This document shows, piece after piece, positions 18,890-32,455 of a DNA stretch of 64,000 nt. Source of the stretch: the human T2T-CHM13v2.0 reference genome, Homo sapiens. Within the stretch, counting starts at the first letter, position 1. Each line of letters opens with the position of its first letter. The stretch lies in the NCBI RefSeq assembly GCF_009914755.1, contig NC_060931.1, one strand, 5' to 3'. Below the pieces are notes generated by a model. It had not been told where the DNA came from. It searched no databases and saw nothing but the letters and a program-made list of their open reading frames with translations. The translations under genes and the position numbers were made by a program.

Positions 18890-20175
18890 TCTACAAAGGT
18901 GTTCCTCAAGTTCAGCTAGAAGAAAAAATCGAATAGAAGCCAAGAGCCATTTGAAAAGGAAGAATAATAAGAGATAATGTGCATTATCAGATAAAATGTA
19001 CTCTGTGTATAACATCTGAAAGAGTATGGTACAACAAAAGAATAGACAGGTTGATCATACAATAAAATTTTACAGAAAAAGAACCTAAAATATATATTAA
19101 GGCAGTAACCAATGCAGGTATCACTTCAAATCAGTGATAGAAAAACTGGTAAACAATTATCTACCCACAAAGAACTAAAAAATTTTTTAAAAAAGAGACT
19201 TCAACAGACACTTCAGAAAAGAAGATATCCAAACGGCCGATAAATATCTTAAAAAGATACTTGAGTCCCTCAGTCATCAGAGACAAATGAAACCACAACT
19301 GGATACCACTGCATAGCCCAAAGAAGGGCTACAGTGAAAAATACAGAAAATACCAAGTGTTGACACGAATGAGAAGCAAGTCTATACAACCCCTTGGGAA
19401 GAGTATTAGGCAGTGTCTACTAAAGCTAATATATGCATACCCTAGGAGACAATAATTCCACTCCTAGGTTTATGCCCAATAGAAATGTGTATTCAGATCC
19501 ACCAAAAGACAGCTACCTGGCAGCCAATGTTCCTGACAGCCAAACCCTGGATGCCACCCAAATGCCCATCAGCAGTAGCGTGGATCAACAGAGCGTTTCT
19601 TTCTTGACCTGGGCTCTGTTTACATGGTGTGTTCATTTTGAGAAAATTCATCAAGCTGCTCACTTATGCTATGTGACTTTTTAATCTGTGTATTGTATTT
19701 CAATTAAAAAGTTTAAAAAGCGAGGTAAGGTTTTCACCTATCCTATCTTCTTTTAAAATATTTCACTAATGTTGATACGTGTTTCTGAAAATGAGCACTC
19801 ACATAAACAGCTGATGGAAATATAAGTTGCTGTGTTTCTTGGAGCTAATTGGGTAAGATGTAGTCAAAGCACACAGTTTTTTTGGAAGGAATTTCATCAC
19901 ATCATTATTCACAATTGAAAAAAAATGTGCATGTCCAATGATAGGGGATTGATTGAGTAAATTCATAGCTATTAAAGCCAAGTTGGAGAAGAGTGGTTCA
20001 TGACACAGAAAATGATCCTAGCATATGGTTACCTGAACAGAGAGAAAGACTGAAAATATACCAAAGTGTTAACTTTTATTTTCCAAGTGGTGAGATTCCA
20101 GGCCAGCTTCGTGTTTTTCTTTTATGCTTTTCTGAATTTCCCAATGAGCAAGTATTCCTTTCATAAAAATAAAAG
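18890..20175 (+). mobile_element. Old L1ME fragments
   Basis: acagacacttcagaaaagaagatatccaaacggccgataaata, aaataccaagtgttg and aattccactcctagg motifs. Confidence 0.7.
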
Positions 20176-20178
20176 CAC

Positions 20179-20502
<324 letters not shown>

Positions 20503-21352
20503 TTAAGACAGAGGAGAGCAGGGAATAGCATGGATGGGTCTAAGGTCTCAGGCTGGAGTGAGCAGGCTATGTGGCCTTCAGTGAAGTCAGAGGCGTCCTG
20601 CATTCCTGGGGCTCCTTTAGGCTCCATTTTTACTGGAACTCTTTCTAAAATGAATTATTTTAATAATTTCTATATAATAAACCATCTAATCTTCGTTAGA
20701 TGATGCAGCACCTTCTCCAAGTGTCCCTGTGAAAGTTTAGTGCCCTTGCTTCAGCTGCATCTGAACGCTGCTGCCTAACTTTTCAATAACAACGTTCCCC
20801 AGCTCCCGCCTGTAAATGCCAATCTGAAAGAATAAATTACAAATATGGGTTACTTGAGAGGTTCAGTGTTTAGGGGTCTGGTAATCAAAGTTTATTGTAC
20901 TCTTGGTTTTGTTTCTTTTTTCCACTCCAAAAAGTTTAATGCAACTAAATTAGCATCAAAGAAATTTGCAAAAGCTCTAAGTGAAGCCATGATGAACTAT
21001 AACTACATAAAACCAGATGCCAAACAGAAAACTATGCAAAGCACTCTATGAGGATGTTCAAGAGGTTTGAAAGAGGGCCATGATCTGGGAGGAGTTAGTC
21101 ACACAAGAGTCCAAAATGTTCCTTCTGGCTGCCACACACATCTTCTTCCAGGAAGATGAGTATAGGAAGCCTGGTGGGTAATGAATAATACCAAGTCTAA
21201 ATCAAGAAAACACACATTTCAGATTTCAAAGGATCAACTGCTGTTGTGGCAGCTAATTGTAATTATCAGCAATTCAGCCAGAATTGGGCAAAATCTCCCT
21301 GAATTTGTACCTGAAACTTTTATCTGTAGAGTACCCTTCAAAATACTTGCAA

Positions 21353-21660
<308 letters not shown>

Positions 21661-22289
21661 TAGTATTTGACTCAACAATGTGATAGTACATTTTGGCCTA
21701 AACAAAATCTTCAGTGGCTTTTAACCCAAGATGGACCCATACATGTGATGTACACAGCTTAATTTAAAAGGAATTCTGAATTTCCTGTTCTAAACTTAAA
21801 TTATATTAACTCATTCTTCTCCAGCTCCCCTTATTTATGGGACATCTTTCCTTTCATTTAACATTCTGCAAAATTCCTGTGGAAATTGGAGCCCCTGTCA
21901 TGGAGACTTGAATATCAAGAATATCAAGGGAGAGAGAGCTCTTTAAATCATGTGACCCAAGTCCTTCGTTTTCACAGATAAAGTGATGTGCAGGCAGAAT
22001 CTTTTGAATTCTTAATGTGCAACCAACTACAAAATTAGCTAGGCTACAACTATGTGATCACATCATGTTGTATATGAGAAAGACTCAGCTCCACGTTTCC
22101 TAATCACTGAGAGGTTCTCTCTCTTTTTTTTTTTTTTTGAGACAGTCTTGCTCTTACAGATCATCATTCCTCCAAAGAGAATTCTAATCATTTGACCTAA
22201 ATTTTCCAAGTGAAAGTTAGAGCTCCAAATACTCCCTGTAAAGGAGAGCCTCTGGCAAATGCTGGGTCATACATCTCTTTAAGAATCTG

Positions 22290-22317
<28 letters not shown>
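22290..22317 (+). repeat. Poly(A) ~28
   Basis: Direct reading. Confidence 0.9.
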
Positions 22318-22322
<5 letters not shown>

Positions 22323-22641
22323 TAGGCCCATGTCCATAAAGTGCCATGTAAAATAATTCCAAAGGGGTTCACCCATTCTCAGATGCCTCTCCATCAAGGT
22401 CAAGGGTTTTGGGATTGCTGGTGAAGACGCCCCGCTGTCGAACATGGTTCATTTCCCTTAGATTTCATATTGGGCTTCAAGTCGTTGTCACTGTGGTCAA
22501 TGGTATTTGTTTACGGAGGTAGGAGCTAGGCTTTCCTAGAGCTTGAAAACTGACATTATCACCACAAGAGAGAATTTCTATAAAAATTGTACTCTTGTTT
22601 TTAAGCACATATAATCCCTCACTTCTATTCAAAAATGAAAG

Positions 22642-22656
22642 CCCCCCCCCCCCCCC
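22642..22656 (+). repeat. Poly(C)15
   Basis: Direct reading. Confidence 0.9.
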
Positions 22657-24899
22657 ACAAGTTAAAATAAGGTACAAAGTTATGCTGGCGTTTACCTGTA
22701 AGACTTGTACTTGTATTATTAGTATACCCCAGTATTATAAAGTTTCTATATTTGATAGAGACTCACTTTCTCCCCACCACCAACCTCCCTGCCCCCAGAG
22801 CAGTGTGAATACCAGGGATCTAGTCTGGAATAGTGACTCAGCAGTATTTTGTAGCCTGGTCCCAGCTAATATTATCACTTCTTTATTAAGAAAGGGTTTT
22901 TCTCTTCTACCCCTAACTCGCAACTCTGAACTTTTTGAAAAAGTAGTAAACGAAAATAAAACATGCTTTTTAAAAATCATATCTTTTTTTTTCAAGAAAA
23001 GGGGAGTGACAAGAGATTTGCAAATTATCTTATCTCTCTCTCTCCTTACAATCTGTTGTTGTTGAAGAGAATCAAGGCAGAGATACTTTGCATGTATCCA
23101 GATGAAGGCCTAGCAATAGGTACGTGTAGGACCATGTTTCCTCTTCAATCTAGAAAAACCAACAAACTACCTTGTGCTAAGCCAACACTAGTCACTGGCA
23201 AGAACAAGCAACAAGAGAAATTTTTCTGCTGTAACACTGCACCAGCCTGTTTAATCCTTGGATTCCCCAATATTCAGCCAGTATGTATGCTGATATGTGT
23301 GTGTGTGAATACACATGTAGACAGACAACTGAGAGATTTATAAGTATCTTTTATTTTTCCCTGAGTCATCCAGTTTTTTGGGCCAAACAGATGGATAAAA
23401 ATATTCTAATTTTGTACGAAACTGATCAAAGAAAGTGCTTTGAATTTATGTGAAAAAGTTTCCCATTAAGACGGTAGCTATTTTTTTCAAGCATGATTCT
23501 TTTTAATTGCGGAAAAGAGCCGAAAGGCTTTGTCAGAGGGCACATGTTTTCTATAAATCAAAAGGTAAATAAATGTGAGATTATTTCACTGGGCATACAC
23601 ATGGTTTTTGCTAAGTAAACTCTATTTATAAAACATTGTTAGCCTACACAGGAACTGCTGTCAACGTTTATAAGAAAGGAACTTTTCTACTGCTCTCAAA
23701 CTTGCCAGGATTTGAAAACAAGCCTAGAAACATTAGTATTTTAGGAAAGATTGAATTTAAGCTTAATGTGAAATGGACCAACGTATGTTTTCTGGTTTTT
23801 AAATGCTTGGAACAAATCTTCAATTGTATATTAGCTTCATATTTTACCAGAAAATGTTTACATTGATGTAAGTTCCATTATTTCAACCATGCCATTGTTC
23901 TAAATCTTTCTGGAAGTTCTCTTTTGGTTATAGGTAAGGGTCTCAGATTATTTTTCTTATCATTGCCACTAAAACAAAAAATATTCTGTGAAAGGGGAGT
24001 CTTCGACATTAACTAAGCCTAGTATTCATAACTGCCACGCCATGTCCTCCCAAAGGTTCATTTGCACCATCTCTTCTCTTTATTATACCCACCCTTGACC
24101 ACAAACACATTTATCAGTTCTGCTCAGAGCAGTCCTCAAAATGAATTTGCTGTGAAAGGAATTAGCCATAAGCAAGCATGAAGCAAGAGTCCTAGAAAAC
24201 CAACAGCAAACCAATAAGGTAATGGTAACCTTAATAATAATTTACATTCTCCATTTTCCATTCAACTTTTCTTTCTTGAGCTGCAGTGCCTTCCAAAACA
24301 GAATTTTTCCCAATGCTTTTGCAATTGATCCCTACTCTAGGTGGATGTAAGCCAATGGTTACAGTCGTGAGCAGTTCCAGAAAGAGACATCTCGCTCTTT
24401 CTCTCTCCCTCTTGCTTTTTATTTTTTCCTTTCCAGTTGCGTCTTTCCCAATTGTAAGACTGTCATCTCTTGGCATGAAATGCATTTGTTTTTATTTTTA
24501 AAGATAAATATGCACACAGAAATGACTCATCCTCTTGAATGACAAGGGGAAAATATTAGGTAGTTCCACAAAAATAACTCAAAGGATTTTAAAATCTGCA
24601 TAAGAAACTCCTGAATGTCCAAGTTAATAAAACACTTAAATATATTTTAGGATTATCTAACATGTAATCTGTATGTGATTAAACTGCTTTGGAAACAATG
24701 TAAATATCTTCACACCCACATATTTTTCCCAATTTATATGTCAAATTCCAAAATATTTAACCCAATTTATAAAGAAGACTCCATTTCTTTGCAATATATT
24801 TAAAAGGGAAAGGTTGCTTATAAAATGTAACCATGGTTCCAATAAGCTTAAAAAACAGTCATAGATGAAGAAAAACACAATTATTGTCTGTATCATTCA

Positions 24900-26750
24900 T
24901 TTTTCTAATTTTGCGGATTGAGAGCTAGCAATCCTAATAGACGCTAATGAATTTGAAATTATAAGGAAAGGCCGAGTTCTCCAGAACTTCTGCTCCTAAT
25001 CAATCAGCAGAGATCAGTGACATCATTAGCGCCTTTGATCACAGCTCCTCTTTCAAGCTCAGATGGGATGGATTGATCCTTGCTGGCACAGAGAATGGAG
25101 AAACACCTAGGAATACAATTCACTGTGAAACATGAGAGGTCATCAGCATCTCTTCCCTTCCTTCAAGGGGAACAGAGAGCGCATTCCAGAGCAGCCCAAC
25201 ACCAAACAATAGAGCCACCTCATTAAATCCAAACCTAATTCCCGTCTCATCTTCCTAGGATTCCTAAAGCACTTTAAGAGAGGAAGGGATGATAAGCTAC
25301 TTTTCTTTCAAAGAACCTAGGTTACGAGCCTTTCAGTTTGTTCTTCCTTACCCAACATACCTACCTGGGGCTGGCCCCAAATCCCGTCACCATGTGGGGA
25401 GGGAAAGAATCTGTGGATTTTTTTCTCCCATTTTCCCCATTATGATGCGCTTAAACAAAGCAGAACTTCCCCTTCTACTTCTGAATTTTACATAATGAAA
25501 CAAGTAATATTTGAGAAATAAAATTTTACTTAATAAAACTGCCAGCTACTCTACATTGGCCAAGAAGAAAGTCCTTGAATATAATGCTGACCACTACAAT
25601 TTCAAAATACTTGCACTGCAGTCACTCAGCATGTTCTCCTCTGAAATGGTCACTTCGGGAATGAAAAGTTTTAATTGACCTTTTCTACATTTATTCCATG
25701 GTTGTTTTCTCCCCCTCCCTATTTGTAATAGCAGTCTAATTGAGTTTCGTGACTGGTGGTGAAATGTAGTTTATTATCTCCCTCATCAGGTGATCAATGA
25801 TTTCATTAATAAGACAGATAACAAAACTGTCATATCATCGACACTGTTATGAAAGATGATCCTAGCTTTCTGCTCCATTTTCCAAGGTCTGGGGTTCTCT
25901 GTGGCAGCTCTGAGTCCATTCAATATTTTCCACAGACAGAGAAAAGTGAAAATCCATTTTGAAACCAATTTCAATTAGGATCCAGAAGCTGTTATCACAG
26001 GTGTCGCAGAATGGGCCCGTAAGTGGAAATGTCGCCTATCCATTCTGAAATGAAACCTTATCAGGGGCTACAAAGATGGCTGGGGACAGCCTATCTGTAA
26101 ATTACTTTTCGTCCTGTGTTAACTCAACCTTAGTTGTGTCATATGGAATTCTTTCCACCCACTAGTAATAATCTAATGACTAACTAGACACAGCACCCAA
26201 ACGGCTTTCAGCCGGGCAGGGCTGTCCCCAGAAACCCTTAAACATGGGTACAAATGCAAACACACTCGGGCCTGCAGGCGAGCAAAGGGACAGGCATGCT
26301 TTAAATGATAGAACTAAAAGTTTATTATGGGAAATAAAAGAAGCCCGTCTCCACCCATTGCATTCCTGGTGATTTTTCAATTGCAAACTCCAAGGCCCCG
26401 TTATTTCATTAATGCAGCACCCAAGTAGTGAGGCTTTTCTCTCACATCTTTCAGTCTCGTTTTAGCAAATTATCCCATGACGGCAGATTTATTCAGTCAA
26501 AGACCTCGGACTTTGAGAGGGAACAAAAGAATCAAGAGACTTTCTGGTCCACCTGCCTGGCGAATGATGAGGCAGGGAAAAGTCTCCCCCAGAGAAACCA
26601 ATCAAACCATTGTGTGGCACAGTCAGACCTTTTCAACTGTCAAGCCAGAGAGCAGGGAAAGAGATGAAAGAATGCGGGATGAAGCTACCATTTACGGAAC
26701 CATGTGGGAATGGTCTCCTAAGATTTAATAATTGGGATGGAACTCAACTT
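24900..26750. promoter_or_regulatory. Candidate conserved developmental enhancer block in intron 2
   Basis: Repeat-free with retained CpGs. TCF/LEF site CCTTTGATC at 25032-25040, PBX site TGATTGATTA (minus) at 24997-25006, MEIS TGACAG sites near 25827 and 26637. About 9-10 kb from exon 2, where I recall published GLI3 conserved non-coding enhancers (not verified). Confidence 0.6.
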
Positions 26751-26759
26751 TCTACAACT

Positions 26760-26985
26760 AAAGAAAAAAAAAAGAGACAGGAAGAAAGAGACCAGGAAGA
26801 GGAAAGAGTCGAAGAAAGGGAAAAAAGAGCAAGCAAGAAAAAAAAAAATAACAGCCTAAATTGCACTAGGAATAACTTTAATACAAAAATTCTGTCTACC
26901 TGAGACAAAGTCCAATCTATATAAGTAAAGAAGAAAGGGGAAAGATGCTTCAAAAAAAGAAAAAAAAGACAAAAAAAAAATAGCA
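26760..26985 (+). repeat. A/G-rich low-complexity tract
   Basis: Direct reading. Confidence 0.8.
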
Positions 26986-28319
26986 AAGCATTTGCTATTT
27001 TCCCTTTAGGTTATAGCTGCATTAAGTGTTCAGATTCTAATTTTCTCATGTAATTAATTTAAAGTAACAAAAACAATAACTAAAAGCCCTTTAATATGGC
27101 TGTCTTGTAGTTTTAAACATAAAACGGAATTTTAAATTGGCCTAAAATGTACATTCACTGGATGCTAAAAAAAAAAAAAAAAAAAGATTCAAAATAGCAG
27201 ATGCTTTAGGTTGTAGATTTCTGAACAGTTTTCAAAAAGATTTTCGTTCTACTACAAATTCGACATAAGATATTTAAATAGAAGAAAGAAACTAACACTA
27301 AGTTTTGCTAACAGGACCCAGAAGAAACAGGTTTTTTGTTTGTTTGTTTGTTTTTAATGTGAAATGAACACAGCATCAAGCAGCTACTGAAGTTCCTATG
27401 CTTTCTATCATTACTGGGGACTCACACCATATGCGTTACTGAGCTGAGTTTAAAGCACAAGTGGTGGTCAAAATTTTGGGGAGGTGCTGGAACCGTTCTG
27501 TGTCTCGATGGTGGTGGCAGCTATGTGAACTTACGGATTTTCAAAACTCATAGAACGGCACACCACAAAGAGTGAATCTTACTGTATGTGAATTTTACCA
27601 AATAATAAACTAAAGCAGACATATCTGGAAACGTTTCTATGTAAACAAGGTAACAGGGAGTTTTTTGCTTTTACTATCACCCAGTCTCCCCAAAGCTGCC
27701 TGGAAAAGCAAGCCCTCCTCGACCTTGGGGGTCAGAGCAGGAGGTGGTGGGAGGCCACCAACTACCTCTCCAGAGGGAGATTTTCCTCCCATCATCACCA
27801 TTTCGCCGCTTAAGCATCCACTATTTGGTGGTTGTTTCTGGTTCTGAGCAGCTTGTTTCTGGAAATTTGAAATGTTCACACCCCATGATCACATGTAATC
27901 AAAGGCAACCCAGAAACATCCCATCCAAGCAAAACATCATGCTGTGACTTCTTTTTGCTCTTAAATTTGAAAAATGGGAGTGATATTTATTCCTGATTTA
28001 TCTGATATTCATTTATCCCAGGAATTGTTCTTTTTGAGGAGAAATCCAATAGCTAAAATCCCAACTTGTGCCAATTTCAGGACCAGTGATTTAAGATATT
28101 GTTCCCTAACTCTAGCCTGTTAAGCTAGAACCTGATAACCAACCTCATGTAAGGATCTCCTATTAGCCAATCCTTCAATCCTCAATCCTCAATTAGCCAA
28201 TCCTCAATCAGACTAAAGCCGAACCATTCAGAGAATACTAACAACTGATGTTATGCTGAAAGGAGTGAGATGAAATGCATCAATAAATTTAATCCTGGCA
28301 AATTATACCCATAAGAGTC

Positions 28320-28470
28320 ATATTACTATTACTATCAATAGCTAACATGTTTGGGTACTCTCTGTGCCAGAGTCAGACAGGTTAAGTACTTAGCCCATGA
28401 TCACACAGCAATTACGTGGTAGGGATAGGGCTCAAACCCTGGCTTCTAACTGCACAACACTAATGCTGTT
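28320..28470 (-). mobile_element. MIR fragment
   Basis: gacaggttaagtacttagcccatgatcacacagc. Confidence 0.6.
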
Positions 28471-28619
28471 ACACATGTCCCCTGCCCTCCTGTCTCAAAG
28501 TGTTGTAATTTGCAGGTTTATTCAGTATCTGCTGAGGCCCTCTCAGCAAACACACTGAATGTGAGCAGGGAGCGGGTAAGGTAGAAAAACCAGGTGCTAC
28601 TCTCAAGAAGTTTAACTAA

Positions 28620-29000
28620 AATGTAAAACTTGAGTGCTGTGAAGGAAGGGACAGGATAAACTGGTGGAGCATGAGGGATCTTTAGAGCATTCAAAGTATT
28701 CTGTAGCATACTGCAGTGGTGGATATGTGACATACATTTGTCAAAACCCATACAACTGTACAACAGAGTGAGCCCCCATGTGAATGATGGAAAGTTAATA
28801 ACAGTGCATCAATATTGGTTCATCAGTTGTAACAAATGTACCACATTAATGTAAGATGTTAATAAGAGGGGAAAGTATGTATGACGGGGTATATGAGAAC
28901 TCTCTGTGTCTTCTGCTCAATTTTTCTGTAAACCTAAAACCTCTCTAAAACATGAAGTCTATTACTTAAAATAATAATAATTTTAAAAATAAAAAAATCT
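28620..29000 (+). mobile_element. L1MC-type 3' end
   Basis: tacatttgtcaaaacccatacaactgtacaac and catcagttgtaacaaatgtaccac, A-rich tail. Confidence 0.8.
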
Positions 29001-29199
29001 AGTGTTATAAGCTAGTTCCCCAAAGGACACAAGACCTTATGAGGAGAGAAAGAGACTGGGGACATATTCACATTTGAGAATTTAAACATGCATTGGTGTT
29101 AGCAAAACATTTCTATGGACAAGAGGCCAAGAGCCCTTGCATTTAGCTAAAGCATAGGTTATGCGATGGGATAGTAGCATATCTACTTCTGAACATATC

Positions 29200-29720
29200 A
29201 GATTGGACTGTCAGACTGGGGCCAGATTTTAGAAGATATCTAAATGTTAAGTCAAAGACTTTGAGCTTTATTCTACAAGTAGCTGGGAGTCACTGGAGCT
29301 TTTAGAGCAGGGTTGTGACATAAGCAGAACTGTAATAAGCCTAATTTGGCAGGAGCAAGTCCCATGCGTGACAAGAGTGGAGATGAAAGGCAAGGTGATT
29401 AGACAGAGGGTCATTTTAATCATCTAAGCATGAGGTGTGAGGGTTTTCACCACACAGTACAGTAGGTTGGCCTGAAGAGACACACGAGCGAGTAATTACA
29501 GAGGAAAATCTAACAGGACCTCAAAACCGGTAGGACATGGGAGCAGGAGAGAAGGAGGGGTCAAAGGTGATGGTGCGGTTTCAAGCCTGGCTGACCACAG
29601 GAAAGGTGATATACTTAGCCAAAATAAAGAACACAGTGGTAACCAGAGTTCAGGACATGTGAGTTTGGAGCTCAAGAGAGTCGGGGCTCTTATTAGAATC
29701 AGAATATTTGTCATCAGTTA
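29200..29720 (-). mobile_element. L2 fragment
   Basis: ctttattctacaagtagctgggagtcactggagcttttagagcaggg, purine-rich L2 reverse strand. Confidence 0.65.
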
Positions 29721-30179
29721 GTTGGTTTAGAAACATAAAAACTCTCTATAAAAAATAAAATCTAATTCGAATACAGCACAAACCACCAGTTCAACCCAGG
29801 AAAAGAATCAAGAAAAAGGATGTATATATGCTGCTTCTAATGCAATAGCATATAATCAGTACAACACTAGCTTTCAAGGTTGAGGAAACTGAAATAAATT
29901 TTCCCAAGATTATCTTCCCTATTTTCCGATTTAAGAAGGCATTTACAAGGAAGTTTACAGAAACTTTGTTTTTTTTAATCCATCCCTCCTTAAGATGTGC
30001 AAACTTAGTCACATTTGGGATTTGTGAAACATCTTGAACTGTTTTTCAGACATCTGAGTCCAGCAAATTCACCATTACTTTTGGCAAACATATTTCCCTT
30101 AATTTGAAAACTGACGTGTATGTTCAAGAAAACAGAATCTTTTTGTTTTGGATTCATAACGTTTAACTCACCAACATGC

Positions 30180-30390
30180 TTTGTCCTAATAGCAGAGGCT
30201 AACGTTTGCAGAGTCCTTCCTATATGTTTATGATACGGCAGCCTGTGAAGTGTGAAGTAGGTCTTACTATTGTCTTCCGAAACTGATGAGGAAACTAGAA
30301 CGCTGAAAAGTTAATCTGCTCACACTCACATGGCTAGTCCTTCGTGTTGCCAGAACTCAAACCAAGCTTTCAGATCCCAGAACCTGTGTG
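30180..30390 (-). mobile_element. MIR
   Basis: ctgatgaggaaactagaacgctgaaaagttaatctgctcacactcacatggctag. Confidence 0.6.
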
Positions 30391-30715
30391 TGCTACAAAT
30401 GAACATCCTATGATCTGAAATCCATTTTATCTGAACATCCTTTCCACGTATCTGTCATGTGCCAGGAAATGGGATGTGGCAAAGAAAAAGGGTTGGACCT
30501 CTATAGAAACAAGAAACCGAAAACTCACAACCTATGTTCTTTATGGCGTGAACTGCCTGCCCATTTCAGAGCAGAACTGGCACATATACTCTTACCATTA
30601 AAAAAAAGTCAAGGAGACAAGAGCTTATGGTGAAGAATAGCAGATAAATTTCAAACTTCCAACAAAACTCAAAGCCATCTGACTCCCAGCTAGAAGACCA
30701 ACAGACATCACAATC

Positions 30716-30795
30716 AGTGGTTGGTGCAAAAGTAATTGCGGTTTTTGTCATTACTTTTAAAGGCAAAAACCGCAATTACTTTTGCACCAACCTAA
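30716..30795. mobile_element. MADE1 (Hsmar1-derived MITE), near-perfect palindrome
   Basis: ggttggtgcaaaagtaattgcggtttttg ... caaaaaccgcaattacttttgcaccaacctaa, the two Hsmar1 terminal inverted repeats. Confidence 0.97.
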
Positions 30796-31990
30796 CAACA
30801 CCCATGCAATGGACAATTTAAAAGCAAATTGCAAGGCCAAGAAGTGACCAAAAGTTAAAGCAAAAAAAAAAGCAACTCCTTAGGAATTTGCAGACCATAA
30901 CACTTTCCCCTTACCAACCTTGAAGAAAATAATTTTTTAAGCAAAGAACCAAATTCTTGTTTTTGAAAGAATCAAAGTGAACAGGGAACTTCCTTTGCAT
31001 CATTAATCTATCAACTTTGGTTTCACATTGCATCAGCGTTAGGATAATAATTTCTGCTTTCTATCACTTTAAAGTATGTTCCCAATAACTATCAGATCTG
31101 ATAAAAGATCCCCAAGACCACAGCCTACATACGTTTATCATTAGTTTCTTTTTTAAAGCCGAGTTGCAGATTAATAAGAACTATCGAATTACTCCTTTAA
31201 AACGAAATCATGGGCCAAAAATGAGGCAAAACACTTCAAATTGAAAAGTCAGTATTTGCAAATTGTTGAAAAAAATTTTATAAGAGAATGAGAACATGTA
31301 GAACATTGGAAGATTTAGATGAAAAAAACTCTTATTATTTAGAAAACACAACATGTAGCTTATGAAGTAATGCATCTACATCAAAAAGAGATTATTAAGG
31401 CATTTTACTTACAGTCTTCACACATTAATGGACTTGGACATTTTAAAGTCAACAATTATACCTAAGATCTGCATGCATACTTTCTATGGGAAAGCCAATA
31501 TGTGAAATGCCACAAATGATCACTTAAACCACAATTGCATTTAAATAATTCAGAAAACTAAATGTCATCTCCTTCGTCATTTACACTTCAAATATAACAA
31601 TAAAATTTAAAATCAGACTATGGGCACATGAAACTACGGGTACACTGTACTTCCTGCATAAAGATTACCAAAGGCTTTATATGTTGATATAGGTTCCTAA
31701 ATGTTACAAAAATCAAATTTGACTTGCCTTTTTTTTTTGTCATACAAGATCTACAACACAGTTTTTCACTTGCATTATTTTAAATTTCAGTGTTAAGTGG
31801 CAAATGCTTCTTTAAAAAGCTGTTCAAGTTTTCTGAACTGTACCTTTTGGTTGTGGGTCTGCGTATGTTTAAACAAAACTCTATACGCATGTTATTCCAG
31901 GAGCAGATACTCAGCTGAGAAAAGTACGAAAACAGATCTGCAAGGACATGCAGTGGAATGTGAGTGGTTTGGCTGGGAAGCTCACAATGA

Positions 31991-32455
<465 letters not shown>

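Noticed and set aside
22290-22317. Poly(A) tail of a processed pseudogene
   Set aside because: No upstream polyadenylation signal, ORF remnant or target-site duplication is visible.
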